Position numbers and translations under genes: made by a program
IMG/VR virus record: IMGVR_UViG_3300030376_003016
Location: 1 to 28,630 of that record
Source: a virus
Taxonomy: Duplodnaviria > Caudoviricetes
DNA: 28,630 bases
Strand: one strand, 5' to 3'
Part shown: positions 7,612-17,490 of the stretch, one piece after another
Layout: each line of letters opens with the position of its first letter
Position numbering within the stretch: the stretch's first letter is position 1
Notes under the pieces: model-generated
What the model was told of the DNA's origin: nothing
Databases searched by the model: none
What the model saw: the letters and a program-made list of their open reading frames with translations, nothing else

Positions 7612-8343
7612 ATGAACAAAGATCAATTAAAGGAGCTTGTAAAAAAGTATTTTTCACTTACCGAAATGACTGAAACGGAAAACTCTTCAGAGGAAAAGCA
7701 AAACTTTGATTCAGCTACTTTAGTAGACGGAACAAAAATTACGAACAAAAAAGATTCTTCTTTTGCTGTTGGTGATGAATTGTACGTTACAACGGAAGCT
7801 GGCGAAGAAGTATTGGCACCTAGTGGGGAGCATACTACTGAGAGTGGTATAACTGTAACAGTAGACGGTGAAGGAAAAATCACTGGAATAGCTCGCCCAG
7901 ACGGAGACGATTCTGGTTCATTAGCAGAACACGAAGAAGATATGAAGGACCTTGATAAAGGACCTGCAAAAATCATCCAAGCAGAAGCTACTGAATTATC
8001 AGAAGACTCTAAAGAGGTTAAGTTAGAAGAAGATGAAGAATCTATGAATGATCATTATCCTGAAGAGGAAACAATGGACATTAAAGAAGAAATCATTGAA
8101 GCTATCATGACTGAAGTAGGACCTGCAATAGAGGAACTACGCAAAAAAATGACTGAGCACGAAGATATGTTGACAGAACACGAGGAAAAAATGAGTGAGT
8201 ACATGAGTGCTCCATCATCTAAACCAACTGCAGAATCAAGATATGCAAAGTCTAGAAATAACTTCGAAAAACCTAAAGCAGTGTACAATCAAAAGAGGTA
8301 CGAAAAAGCTTTATTTAAATTAACAAACTCTAAAAATCAATAA
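7612..8343 (+). CDS. Capsid scaffolding protein
   Basis: Very acidic; LVDGTKI..APSGEHTTESG..TVDGEGKI motif followed by a coiled coil; directly precedes the capsid gene. Confidence 0.7.
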   Translation: MNKDQLKELVKKYFSLTEMTETENSSEEKQNFDSATLVDGTKITNKKDSSFAVGDELYVTTEAGEEVLAPSGEHTTESGITVTVDGEGKITGIARPDGDDSGSLAEHEEDMKDLDKGPAKIIQAEATELSEDSKEVKLEEDEESMNDHYPEEETMDIKEEIIEAIMTEVGPAIEELRKKMTEHEDMLTEHEEKMSEYMSAPSSKPTAESRYAKSRNNFEKPKAVYNQKRYEKALFKLTNSKNQ

Positions 8344-8345
8344 TT

Positions 8346-9296
8346 ATGGCACTAGATGTATCAGCATTAAATGACTTTAACTCAGAGTTAGCAGGTAAAT
8401 TAGTCTTAGACTCAGTTTACACTGGTAACACAGCAGAGTATGTTAGCATCCAGCAAGGAATAAAATTCCAGGAGCCCTTAAATCTTGTATCAGTAGCACC
8501 TTATTTTCAAGGCGGTAATGCTGTTTCAACTGCTTCAGGATCAGCTGACTTTACTCAGCGCAATATAACAGTTACTAAAAGAACTGCTTATGATGCGTGG
8601 AACCTACAACTTCTTACTGAGAAGTATACAGGTAAAGCTTTCCTTCCGGAAGGTAGTTACGAGGACACAATGACAATCTTAACAGAAATGTCTGCAGACC
8701 TTGTAAAAAAATCACAACAAAACAACGATGACTTTATTTGGAACGCAGAAAGTGGATCTACATTCGCTAATTCAACTGTAGTACCTCAAGCAGATGGATT
8801 CAAGAAATTAATTTCAGGATCTACTTCAGGTGTTAACGTAGCAACAGGAATTGGAGCTAACGTAATAACTGCATCAACTGCTTACGATCAGATCTCTACA
8901 ATGTTAGAATCTGTAGACGTAAACGTACTAGATGCTCCAGACCTAACAGTATGGTGTGGAACTTCAGTATTCCAAAGAATAATCAACGGATTAACTACTC
9001 AAAACTTATTCCACTTCGACCCTACAACAGTAGCAAAAAGAGGAGGTTTTTATGAAGTACCATTACCGGGTTACCCTAATATTTCTATAATTGGGACGTA
9101 CGGTTTAAGGAACTCAGAAAGAGTAATAATCGGACCAGCATCTGATATGGTAGTAGGAACAGATTTATCTTCTGATACTACAGACTTCCAAATGTGGTAC
9201 GATATCAATGGAGACGCATTGAAATATAGACTGAGAAATAAATTGGGATGCCAAATTGGCCACGCAAGCTATTATGTCAGCAATGACCAAGCGTAA
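8346..9296 (+). CDS. Major capsid protein
   Basis: 316 aa; MALDVSAL start, QNNDDFIW..ADGFKKLI, MVVGTDL.SD...F.MWYD...KYR.R.K.G.Q pattern; follows the scaffold and ends at a terminator. Confidence 0.8.
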   Translation: MALDVSALNDFNSELAGKLVLDSVYTGNTAEYVSIQQGIKFQEPLNLVSVAPYFQGGNAVSTASGSADFTQRNITVTKRTAYDAWNLQLLTEKYTGKAFLPEGSYEDTMTILTEMSADLVKKSQQNNDDFIWNAESGSTFANSTVVPQADGFKKLISGSTSGVNVATGIGANVITASTAYDQISTMLESVDVNVLDAPDLTVWCGTSVFQRIINGLTTQNLFHFDPTTVAKRGGFYEVPLPGYPNISIIGTYGLRNSERVIIGPASDMVVGTDLSSDTTDFQMWYDINGDALKYRLRNKLGCQIGHASYYVSNDQA

Positions 9297-9311
9297 CTAG
9301 AAGCTTTATAC

Positions 9312-9351
9312 AGTATATGGGGTTTTAATTAACCCCTAATACTTTTTTTTT
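9312..9351 (+). terminator. Rho-independent terminator
   Basis: GGGGTT-TTAATT-AACCCC with outer AGTAT/ATACT pairing and a T run. Confidence 0.75.
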
Positions 9352-9371
9352 AACCTTTAAAAAATAACATT

Positions 9372-9914
9372 ATGGCATGTAATTTAAGTAGCGGATTTTC
9401 TTTAGGATGTCGTGACAATATTGGGGGCATAAAAAACTTATATATCTTATCTGGATCAGTAACTAGTGTTACAGCATCATCTGGTGCTATTAGTAACATA
9501 GCAGGTACAGGTACTTTCTTTAAGTTTGAGCTACCAAGAAATGTCGGTGACTTTACAGAAACTCCAACACCAAGTTTAGAAAACGGAACAGTTTTTTATT
9601 CTCAGGTAACAAATTTAGCTATGCATAAGTTACAAGCTTCTATAAGAAATCAAGTAAAAGTATTAGTTCAAAACCCTGATCTAAAGATTGTTGTTGAAAC
9701 AAACAACGGTACAGACGATTATGTAGGACAATTCTTTTATGTAGGAAGATACAGAGGAAGCACTGTAACAGGTGGAACAGGGGCTACTGGAACAGCAATG
9801 GGTGACATGAATGGATACTCATTAACGTTCGAAGCAATGGAACCTTATCCAGCAGAAGAAATCACCACTACTGGTGTATTAACTGATGCGTTAACTACTA
9901 TAACAGTTAGCTAA
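9372..9914 (+). CDS. Major tail tube protein (probable)
   Basis: MACNLSSGFSLGCRDNIGGIK..FKFEL..SLENGTVFYSQ..TGTAMGDMNGYSLTF; beta-rich, 180 aa. Confidence 0.7.
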   Translation: MACNLSSGFSLGCRDNIGGIKNLYILSGSVTSVTASSGAISNIAGTGTFFKFELPRNVGDFTETPTPSLENGTVFYSQVTNLAMHKLQASIRNQVKVLVQNPDLKIVVETNNGTDDYVGQFFYVGRYRGSTVTGGTGATGTAMGDMNGYSLTFEAMEPYPAEEITTTGVLTDALTTITVS

Positions 9915-9924
9915 ACTGAATAAG

Positions 9925-9961
9925 AATAAGGGTTGGTTTAATTATCAACCCCTATTTTTTT
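9925..9961 (+). terminator. Rho-independent terminator
   Basis: GGGTTGGT-TTAATT-ATCAACCC followed by a T run. Confidence 0.75.
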
Positions 9962-9972
9962 AATTTAAAGAT

Positions 9973-10422
9973 ATGTTAAACATATACCCTACTCAAGCAA
10001 CAGGAAGTGTTGCAATATGGCCAGCAACCGGTAGTAAAACTGGTGCTAACTATACACTAGAGCTAATCAATGACATGAATATGAATTCATCGTCATTTTC
10101 TTTGTCTCTAACAAACACTCCTAATAACCTAAGTGAGTATATGCAGTTAGATTATCTTTCAGGCTCTGCAGGTATACCAAGTGCTAGTGGTTTATATAGT
10201 TATAACTTAAAAGCAGATATAGCAGGAGGACAATTAAAATGGACTGAAGCTTCTAATTTATGGACAGCTATTCAAAGTCAATGGACTAGCGTTTCAACAG
10301 GAAGTGGAATAAACGAAACAATAGACAGTGGTAGAGCATTTGTATATGGAACTAATGATCCAGAGTTTACAGAAAACATTACCTCAAATGAAAATGGTAC
10401 TTATATAACTTACTATTCATAA
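9973..10422 (+). CDS. Structural protein (possible head closure/neck)
   Basis: 149 aa between tail tube and portal; Ser/Thr-rich. Confidence 0.5.
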   Translation: MLNIYPTQATGSVAIWPATGSKTGANYTLELINDMNMNSSSFSLSLTNTPNNLSEYMQLDYLSGSAGIPSASGLYSYNLKADIAGGQLKWTEASNLWTAIQSQWTSVSTGSGINETIDSGRAFVYGTNDPEFTENITSNENGTYITYYS

Positions 10423-10423
10423 A

Positions 10424-11662
10424 ATGGCAGATAATAAAAAATTTAATTTTACAAAAATTAATAACTCCAAGTTAAGAGAATTTAACCATAAGGAGTATAA
10501 AAAAGATAAAAACGAGAAGTTCGTAAAAAATGGAGACGATAATATGTTTCCACAACACTTAATTGAAATGTATAATAAAAGTTCTGTTAACGCAGCTTGT
10601 ATTAATGCTATAGTTGAAGGTATTATAGGACAAGGGTTAACAGCTAACGATGAACAATACACAAAGAGAGCTAATTCAGCTGGTGAAAGTTGGAATGACA
10701 TATTCACTAAATGTTCTCTAGATTTTAAACTCCACGGTTCGTTCGCCATGGAAATAGTTTACAGTAATGACAGAACTAGGCTAGAGGCTTATCATGTTGA
10801 CTTTAGTTATCTAAGAGCTAAAGAAAAGAATAAGTACGGCCACATCCCTGGTTATTTTATCTCAGAAGAATGGGACAGAAAAAATAGATTTTCAGGTATT
10901 GTTTATAAAAGCGAGGATAATATGGACTATCTGCCAGTATACAATCCCGATAAAAAACAAGAAGAACCTCATCAAATTTATGTTCACAGAGACTACAGAC
11001 CAGGGCAATCTTACTATCCTCTACCGGATTACGTAGGAGCATTAAGAATTATCGAATTGGATACCTCCATTGATGATTTCCATGTAAATAATATTAAGAA
11101 TGGTTTAGCACCATCACTTAGTATTACTACTTTTACAAATGCCCCACCGGATCAATTAAAAGAGATAGAACAACAACTATTAGCAAATTATGGTGGTACT
11201 AACAATGCAGGTTCACTTATGTATATTGACGTACCAGAAAAAGAAATGGCACCAGTAATAACTCCAATACCTCAAAATGGAGCTGATGGGTACTATACTA
11301 CCATTAATGATTTAGTAATGCAGAAAATTTTAACTGCACACAGAATTACTAGTCCAATGCTTTTAGGTATCAAAACAGAAGGGCAACTTGGTGGAAGAGC
11401 AGAGTTAATAGATGCTAATTTATTATTTATGAATTTAGTTATCTTACCTTTCCAACAAGACCTATTAGGATGTTTTGAAATGATAATGTCATTTAACTAT
11501 CCTGATGTAGTGTTAGGTATAGAGCAAAAAAGATTACTAGAAGATGGAGAGCAAGATGAAGAAGTAATCGTTGGAACAGACACAACAGATGCTGAAGAAG
11601 AAGCAGTAAGTAGTGAAAACGTCACAGATACTGACACAGAAGGTGAACCTTTATTAGCTTAA
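10424..11662 (+). CDS. Portal protein
   Basis: NGDDNMFPQHLIEMYNKSSVNAACI..I.GQG, YYPLPDYVGAL, NNIKNGLAPS, GTNNAG, ILTAHRITSPMLLGI; acidic tail. Confidence 0.85.
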   Translation: MADNKKFNFTKINNSKLREFNHKEYKKDKNEKFVKNGDDNMFPQHLIEMYNKSSVNAACINAIVEGIIGQGLTANDEQYTKRANSAGESWNDIFTKCSLDFKLHGSFAMEIVYSNDRTRLEAYHVDFSYLRAKEKNKYGHIPGYFISEEWDRKNRFSGIVYKSEDNMDYLPVYNPDKKQEEPHQIYVHRDYRPGQSYYPLPDYVGALRIIELDTSIDDFHVNNIKNGLAPSLSITTFTNAPPDQLKEIEQQLLANYGGTNNAGSLMYIDVPEKEMAPVITPIPQNGADGYYTTINDLVMQKILTAHRITSPMLLGIKTEGQLGGRAELIDANLLFMNLVILPFQQDLLGCFEMIMSFNYPDVVLGIEQKRLLEDGEQDEEVIVGTDTTDAEEEAVSSENVTDTDTEGEPLLA

Positions 11663-11664
11663 AT

Positions 11665-11674
11665 CTATTTAATA
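11665..11674 (+). promoter_or_regulatory. CTATTTAATA motif, putative late promoter
   Basis: Starts 12 nt before ATG 11677. Confidence 0.6.
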
Positions 11675-11676
11675 GT

Positions 11677-12264
11677 ATGACAACCACCTTTTTAATTTCA
11701 GAAGCAAAAATAAGAAGCTTTACTAGCTTGAATGATGCTGTTGATTCAGCACTTATTAAGAACTGTATAAGAACAGCTCAAGATGTATGGCTACAAAATA
11801 TAATTGGTACCGTACTATACAACAAACTTCTATCTGATGTTGATGCAGGTACGTTAACAGGTAACTATAAAGGGTTAGTTGATGACTACATACAAGACTT
11901 TTTATTGTATGCAGCTTATTATGAAACTTTAGAAGAGATTTACCTAAGACCAAGAAACAATGGTTTACTAAGACCTAATGGAGGAGAGAACTCTGACCCA
12001 GTTGAAAGAGATCTTTATGATATGAAAAGACAAAGTCTTAGAAACAAAATGGACTACTACAGTCAAAGATTAACAGAATACATCTTAGAGGAAGATAATC
12101 TATTCCCAGAGTTATCACAAGATACTAAATTATACCAACAACTACCAGATTATACTAATAAGTATAAGAATCCATTTGTAATGAGAGGTAGTTACTATTT
12201 AGATTTTGCTAGAGAGTACGGAATTAGAACATACGATACAAGATACAAACAATACCCTCAATAA
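11677..12264 (+). CDS. Head-tail adaptor/connector (probable)
   Basis: LISE..I..VD..LI..I..AQDVWLQNIIGTVLYNKL..YKGLVDDYI; helical, immediately after portal. Confidence 0.6.
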   Translation: MTTTFLISEAKIRSFTSLNDAVDSALIKNCIRTAQDVWLQNIIGTVLYNKLLSDVDAGTLTGNYKGLVDDYIQDFLLYAAYYETLEEIYLRPRNNGLLRPNGGENSDPVERDLYDMKRQSLRNKMDYYSQRLTEYILEEDNLFPELSQDTKLYQQLPDYTNKYKNPFVMRGSYYLDFAREYGIRTYDTRYKQYPQ

Positions 12265-15188
12265 TGGCAGCAGATTTTAACTTAACCAATCAATACATAT
12301 CAGCAAGTTTTGACAACCTTATGCAAAACTCTGGTAGTATACCAGTAAATGGATTAGGAACACAAATTAGTAACCTAACAGTTACTTCTTCTTTTGCAAC
12401 AACAGCATCTTATGCTTTAAACGCAGAAGCACAAGTAAGTGCATCTTATGCAAATAGAGCAGGTGTAGCAGATGCAGTAAGCGGTAGTAATGTAGTAGGA
12501 ACAGTATCAGATGCAACAAATGCTATAAACGCTCTAGGTGCTGAAACAGCAACAAAAGTTAATGTTAAACAAACACCGACTGGTAGCTTTAATTATATGA
12601 TGGGTGTGGAATCCCCAATAAATGCTGGAACACCAGTAGTTTCTTTAGCAAAAATTAAACTAGATGGTTCTATTACTGATGCTATGGTGACTGGTAGTTT
12701 TAAAGGAGACTTAGACGGTAATGCAGCAACAGCTACAACAGCATCCTTCGCTTTAAATTTTAACCCTAGTGCAACAGCATCTTTTGCTACTAGTGCCTCA
12801 CATGCTATAATAGCAGATAGTGCTACAACTGCAACTACTGCAACAACAGCATCTTATGTAGTCACAGCTCAAACAGCATCTTATGTAGCAGGAGCAAATG
12901 TAGATGGAACAGTAGCAACAGCAACTTCTTCAAGTCATGCAATAAACTCAGATAATTCAATATCAGCTTCTCATGCAGTACAAGCTAACAACGCTACAAC
13001 GGCAACTTCTGCCTCACACGCAATTATAGCTGATAGTGCTTTAAGTTCTACAACAGCTACTTCAGCATCACATGCTTTAAGAGCAGACATAAGTGATAAT
13101 GTTGATTCATCAGCAAGATTAAATGTAACTGATATAACAGCAAGTAATGCAACATTTACTTCAGCTTCAATTGGTTATTTAAGAACAGTAACAGGTTCAG
13201 CAACAATAATAGGAGATGAATACTTAATCTTAAATGCAGATTCACCTACTAAAAGGTTTGCTGGAATAAAAGTATACGACAGTGGATCTAGTTTAACAGG
13301 GTCGTTTGAATGGGATAGTGTAGATGATAACTGGATACAAGTCGAAACAGGGGGAACATCAGCAGGTATGCTTACAGGTATATCTGGTAGTAAAGGTTCA
13401 GAAGCTTATCCTTCTAACAATACAATACTAAAAGGTACAGGTAACCACACAGTAAAAGATAGTAGCATTGTTGATAACGGAGTAAATGTAACAACTACTT
13501 TACCAATATCAGCTTCAGGAGGTATAATAGGTAATCTTACCGGTAATGCTTCTACAGCTACTTTAGCTACTAATGCAACAAATGCAGTATCAGCTTCACA
13601 TGCAGTACAGGCAGATAGTGCTTTAACAGCCAATACAGCAACAAGTGCTTCATTTGCTACAACAGCTTCTTTTGCACTAAATACTAATGTAGATTCAGGA
13701 TCATGGGACGGACAATTTAGTGGTTCTGCAAGCATAACAGGTAGTTTAATCGTCAGTAGAAGTAGTGGTCAAGCATTAACTTCAGATGGTAACTTTACTG
13801 CTAACTTATTTACTCCTTCAGCATTTTCAGAACATCAAATATTTACAGCACCAGCATTTACTAAAACAGCAGGTGTAACCGAAACATATAATATTAACCA
13901 GATAGTTTACCAAGACTTTGCATTTGGTGCAGGTCATTATGAAAATAGCTGGATGGTATCTCAGTGGGATAGTTCAGGTTTTAACTACGGTATGGATTTA
14001 CTAATGGGTGCTACAAGAATTAATGCTAATGTACAAGCATCAGGTAGTGGTACCGCAGCACAAAGAGCATCAGCATTCTCAGTATTAGATGATACACCAA
14101 ACCATAGTGGAGACCAAGCAGGAGATGCAGTAGCAAGATATTATGGTAGAACGATGGAGCTTGGTTTATATAACAGTGAAACGATTGTTTTAGGTAACAA
14201 CTTACAAAGCGCTGCTGGATATACAACAGCTAATACTCACATAACTGCAGAAGATCAAATAATAATAGGTTCAGCACAAGGAACAGCTTATCCTTATAAA
14301 GGGTTTTCAAGAGAATGGAACGGAACAGGTAAAGCTACTAAAGATATAAACTTTTATTATACAGGATCAGCTAGCTTTATACAGACAGGTTCAGCAACTG
14401 GACCAGCAGTACAGATAACTGGTTCGTTAAACATAACAGGTAGTGATAGAAATGCATCTACAATAGCAGGTAACATTAAACAATCATTTCCATCGCCAGG
14501 AAACAATAACTCAGTAGGTTTAGTTGAATTATCAGGAACTAATACAATAGGTGGTAAAGACTATACCAATAAAAACTTCTTTGTAGCAGACTTTAATACA
14601 TTTGGACCACAATTCCAAGACTACTTCTCAATAGAATATTACGATTCGTTTGCTTATAACTACGGTTCAGAAATGAATGTTAACGGTCTTGTAAGTAGAT
14701 TTTCTTCAATAGCATCTGGTTCAGGAGCTGGAAGAACGTCTGTAATAGAAACAAGAGATAATCAAGATGGTACAGGTAGAATAAGATTACTTACTGGTGA
14801 TCAATGTGATATGAGATTTGATGCAGGTAACAAAGGTATTTCAGTTACAGGAGCTGTTAAAAGCAATATAACTGCTTTAGCTATAGCATCAACAACAGCA
14901 TCAATGGATTGTCAAGACGGAGATATGTTTACTTTAACTCTTGTATCAGGATCAGATACACGTTTAGAGACAACAAACATGCAAGCAGGACAAACAATTA
15001 GCGTTCAAGTTCAACAACCAACAACAGCAACTGATTCTTACGGATCATTATCTTATTCAGGAGACTTTAAGTTTGCAGGAGGTACAGCACCCACAATGAC
15101 AGAAAGATCAGGATCTTTAAGTGTGCTTACATTCCAGTCGTTTGACGGTACTAAACAATTAGGAACAGCTGTAACAGATCTATACTAA
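12264..15188 (+). CDS. Fibre protein (974 aa) with TASYA/SASHA repeats
   Basis: Ala/Ser/Thr repeats, I-T-G-S-L beta motifs, duplicated module; C-terminal MDC.DG.MFTLTL..N..AGQTI.V.V.Q..KFAGGTAPT domain. Confidence 0.8.
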   Translation: MAADFNLTNQYISASFDNLMQNSGSIPVNGLGTQISNLTVTSSFATTASYALNAEAQVSASYANRAGVADAVSGSNVVGTVSDATNAINALGAETATKVNVKQTPTGSFNYMMGVESPINAGTPVVSLAKIKLDGSITDAMVTGSFKGDLDGNAATATTASFALNFNPSATASFATSASHAIIADSATTATTATTASYVVTAQTASYVAGANVDGTVATATSSSHAINSDNSISASHAVQANNATTATSASHAIIADSALSSTTATSASHALRADISDNVDSSARLNVTDITASNATFTSASIGYLRTVTGSATIIGDEYLILNADSPTKRFAGIKVYDSGSSLTGSFEWDSVDDNWIQVETGGTSAGMLTGISGSKGSEAYPSNNTILKGTGNHTVKDSSIVDNGVNVTTTLPISASGGIIGNLTGNASTATLATNATNAVSASHAVQADSALTANTATSASFATTASFALNTNVDSGSWDGQFSGSASITGSLIVSRSSGQALTSDGNFTANLFTPSAFSEHQIFTAPAFTKTAGVTETYNINQIVYQDFAFGAGHYENSWMVSQWDSSGFNYGMDLLMGATRINANVQASGSGTAAQRASAFSVLDDTPNHSGDQAGDAVARYYGRTMELGLYNSETIVLGNNLQSAAGYTTANTHITAEDQIIIGSAQGTAYPYKGFSREWNGTGKATKDINFYYTGSASFIQTGSATGPAVQITGSLNITGSDRNASTIAGNIKQSFPSPGNNNSVGLVELSGTNTIGGKDYTNKNFFVADFNTFGPQFQDYFSIEYYDSFAYNYGSEMNVNGLVSRFSSIASGSGAGRTSVIETRDNQDGTGRIRLLTGDQCDMRFDAGNKGISVTGAVKSNITALAIASTTASMDCQDGDMFTLTLVSGSDTRLETTNMQAGQTISVQVQQPTTATDSYGSLSYSGDFKFAGGTAPTMTERSGSLSVLTFQSFDGTKQLGTAVTDLY

Positions 15189-15191
15189 ATT

Positions 15192-16007
15192 ATGGGATTA
15201 ACTAAACCATTTGCTTTTATGGGTTCTGGAACATCAGATCCAGGTATTGGATATGGTAATCCACCTTATGATCAAAGCCTTATAGCATACTATGATTTTG
15301 GTAGTAGCACTGAAGGTAGCTGGACCGGTAGTGTATCTATGTCTAATGGAGATATAGTTACTGATCTATCAGGTAATGAAAAACATTCTACATTATATGA
15401 ATCAGCTGAACAATTTACTTACGAGGCAAGTGTAGGAAAGGGAGTTATTCAAACTTTAACAAAGCAAGGAGGGTATTTTTTTATGCCTGATTTGACTGGA
15501 AGTTTTGGAGCTTTAACAGATGTTACTTGGGAGTTTTGTTTAAACATACCTAATGCTTTAACAGCAGATAACTTAGTATTTCGATTTGACGGAGGTGGAG
15601 GATCAAGAGCAGAAAGTAATGTACAGCAGTACGGAGGATCACCAGTTCCTGACAGAATTGGTTATGATGTAAGAACAGAATCGGGTACTTCAGTAAATGT
15701 AGGTACAGTAAACCAGAGTGTAGGTACAGGCTTTTTACATTTAGTATATACAGCAGGACAGGGTACAACAAGTAAAACTTATTATCAAGGTAGCGAGTTA
15801 GGAGCAAGTAGTGGAACAATGTCGGCATCTGAGGTTTTTGACTTTGATCGAGCAGGACCACAAACTAACTGTAACTCCTGGTTCGGTACAAGTAATTTTG
15901 GTACAGGTACTTTTGTAGGTCAATTAGGAGTATTCCGGATGTATAATGCAGTAATGCCTGCCTCATCAGTCCTGGCAAACTATAACTTTTATTCACCACA
16001 ATTTTAA
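15192..16007 (+). CDS. LamG/concanavalin-A-like lectin domain protein (fibre-associated)
   Basis: LIAYYDFG..VTDLSGN..HLVYT..FVGQLGVFRMYNAV....VLANYN. Confidence 0.8.
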   Translation: MGLTKPFAFMGSGTSDPGIGYGNPPYDQSLIAYYDFGSSTEGSWTGSVSMSNGDIVTDLSGNEKHSTLYESAEQFTYEASVGKGVIQTLTKQGGYFFMPDLTGSFGALTDVTWEFCLNIPNALTADNLVFRFDGGGGSRAESNVQQYGGSPVPDRIGYDVRTESGTSVNVGTVNQSVGTGFLHLVYTAGQGTTSKTYYQGSELGASSGTMSASEVFDFDRAGPQTNCNSWFGTSNFGTGTFVGQLGVFRMYNAVMPASSVLANYNFYSPQF

Positions 16008-16017
16008 ATTATAAATT

Positions 16018-16152
16018 ATGAAAACATATACAAGAGAAGAACTTACAAACTTAACATCAGATCAATTTAATGCTTTATCTAAAGCAGAACAAGATGATGT
16101 AAGAGCACAAGGTAGAGCTTTTTTAGCTGCAGACCAAGGTGACTTAGCATAA
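16018..16152 (+). CDS. 44-aa hypothetical (not in ORF track)
   Basis: MKTYTREELTNLTSDQFNALSKAEQDDVRAQGRAFLAADQGDLA*; typical codon usage. Confidence 0.6.
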   Translation: MKTYTREELTNLTSDQFNALSKAEQDDVRAQGRAFLAADQGDLA

Positions 16153-16225
16153 TATTTAATTCCCATGATTAAATAAAAAAAAGGATTACTTTCCAAGTTT
16201 CAGCCATGGTACAATTCCTTTTTAT

Positions 16226-16250
16226 AGAGCCTCTATGGCTCTTTTTTTTT
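16226..16250 (+). terminator. Rho-independent terminator ending the structural operon
   Basis: AGAGCC-TCTAT-GGCTCT followed by T8. Confidence 0.85.
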
Positions 16251-16264
16251 CTTTTATGGTAAAA

Positions 16265-16296
16265 GTTGGATAGTTATAATAAAGTTCTTATTTTAT
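16265..16296 (+). promoter_or_regulatory. Host-type promoter for sigma-like gene
   Basis: GTTG-N20-TATTTTAT. Confidence 0.7.
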
Positions 16297-16307
16297 AATA
16301 AACAAGT

Positions 16308-16862
16308 ATGACAGAAGCAGAAAAAAGAAGATTAGTTACCGAAGAAATAGGTAGCATATACGAACAACTTGTAATTAATTGTAAAAAGACTTGTGGTGCA
16401 GGGTACGACAGATGGGGTGAAGACTTATTAGCTATGTGTGTTGAAATGTTCTTAGAAAAAGAAACTGAATACATATATAAAGTTTACACAGACGGTAAGT
16501 TAGAAAACTTCTTAACGTTTATGATGAGCTTTCAGTTAAAGTCTAGTACCACAAGGTTTTTTCATAGGTATAGAAAGCATATGAGTATGAATAGAGAGTT
16601 GTATGACAATATGGCCGTTGAACAACAAAGAGTAGCTAGAAATACTGCCTTTCAAGACGAACAGTCAGAAGTTTACACCTGTATGAAGAAAGTAATAGAT
16701 AAGTTAAACCCTTATGAAAAGATGTTAGTTAATGAAATAATGATAGAAGGAGCAAGATACAATACAACATCAGAGAAGTACAAGATTAATTACCATTCAT
16801 TAAAAGGTGACTATAAAAAAGTTCAAATGAAAATAAAAAAATTATGCAAACACCTTATATAA
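16308..16862 (+). CDS. Sigma-70/ECF-like transcription factor
   Basis: 184 aa; region-2-like EDLLAMCVEMFLEK and region-4-like IDKLNPYEKMLV..IEGARY..TSEKYKI..SLK..YKKVQMKIK. Confidence 0.6.
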   Translation: MTEAEKRRLVTEEIGSIYEQLVINCKKTCGAGYDRWGEDLLAMCVEMFLEKETEYIYKVYTDGKLENFLTFMMSFQLKSSTTRFFHRYRKHMSMNRELYDNMAVEQQRVARNTAFQDEQSEVYTCMKKVIDKLNPYEKMLVNEIMIEGARYNTTSEKYKINYHSLKGDYKKVQMKIKKLCKHLI

Positions 16863-17032
16863 TATCTCTAATAGTTAACATAGGACTAATTATGTTAGTT
16901 CTCTCGTTAGTTTATCCTCGTTTAATAGCAAGATATAGGAGAAAGAAGAAACAAGGAGAGATACAAGAATACAATAGAATAAAACGATATGTCAATGAAT
17001 ATTTAGATTCGTTAAGAACTGATGACAATTGA
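16844..17032 (+). CDS. Small single-pass membrane protein
   Basis: Hydrophobic N-terminus followed by RYRRKKK. Confidence 0.6.
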   Translation: MQTPYIISLIVNIGLIMLVLSLVYPRLIARYRRKKKQGEIQEYNRIKRYVNEYLDSLRTDDN

Positions 17033-17294
17033 TCTATTTAATTTAATAGGATTAGCTTATCTATCAAATATGGTAGTAAGTGAATTTAAACCTATACAAC
17101 CGGCAAAAGAGAAGGTAGTCGAGTTTCTTTATACACATTTACCTCCCTTATCGATCCTTCTAACGTGCAGCAAATGTCTGGCTTTTTGGTTAGGTCTGTT
17201 TATATACGTAGACATTTTCCACGCTGCACTTGCCGGTCTTATGGGTTATTTAGTTAAACACTTAATTGATAGAATTAATTTCTGGTATGAGTGA
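17022..17294 (+). CDS. Small membrane protein with CxxC..W motif (DUF1360-like)
   Basis: LLTCSKCLAFWLGL flanked by hydrophobic helices. Confidence 0.6.
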   Translation: MTIDLFNLIGLAYLSNMVVSEFKPIQPAKEKVVEFLYTHLPPLSILLTCSKCLAFWLGLFIYVDIFHAALAGLMGYLVKHLIDRINFWYE

Positions 17295-17490
17295 ATGGTT
17301 ATTAAATGATTTCCCTAAGTATCAAGGTAAGACCTTACGTAGTGATGTAAAAGATGCTTATACTAAAGCAGAGACGATTATTTCCGGTGTAGTTACGTTG
17401 CCTGATTGTGATTGTCAATATGGTTCCTACCAAAACAAAATAAATAAGTTATATGAACAATGGCTACTAAGTGGACAAAATACAAAGTAA
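17287..17490 (+). CDS. Hypothetical protein with CxC motif
   Basis: Likely start ATG 17287 (MSEWLL...), overlapping the upstream stop; PDCDCQ. Confidence 0.6.
   Translation: MSEWLLNDFPKYQGKTLRSDVKDAYTKAETIISGVVTLPDCDCQYGSYQNKINKLYEQWLLSGQNTK

Noticed and set aside
1078-16474. Shadow ORFs from the track (1078-, 4683+, 5165-, 6715-, 6908-, 7623-, 8055-, 10417-, 10857-, 11756-, 13406-, 14026-, 15550-, 16274-)
   Set aside because: Antisense to well-supported genes, atypical composition, no promoters
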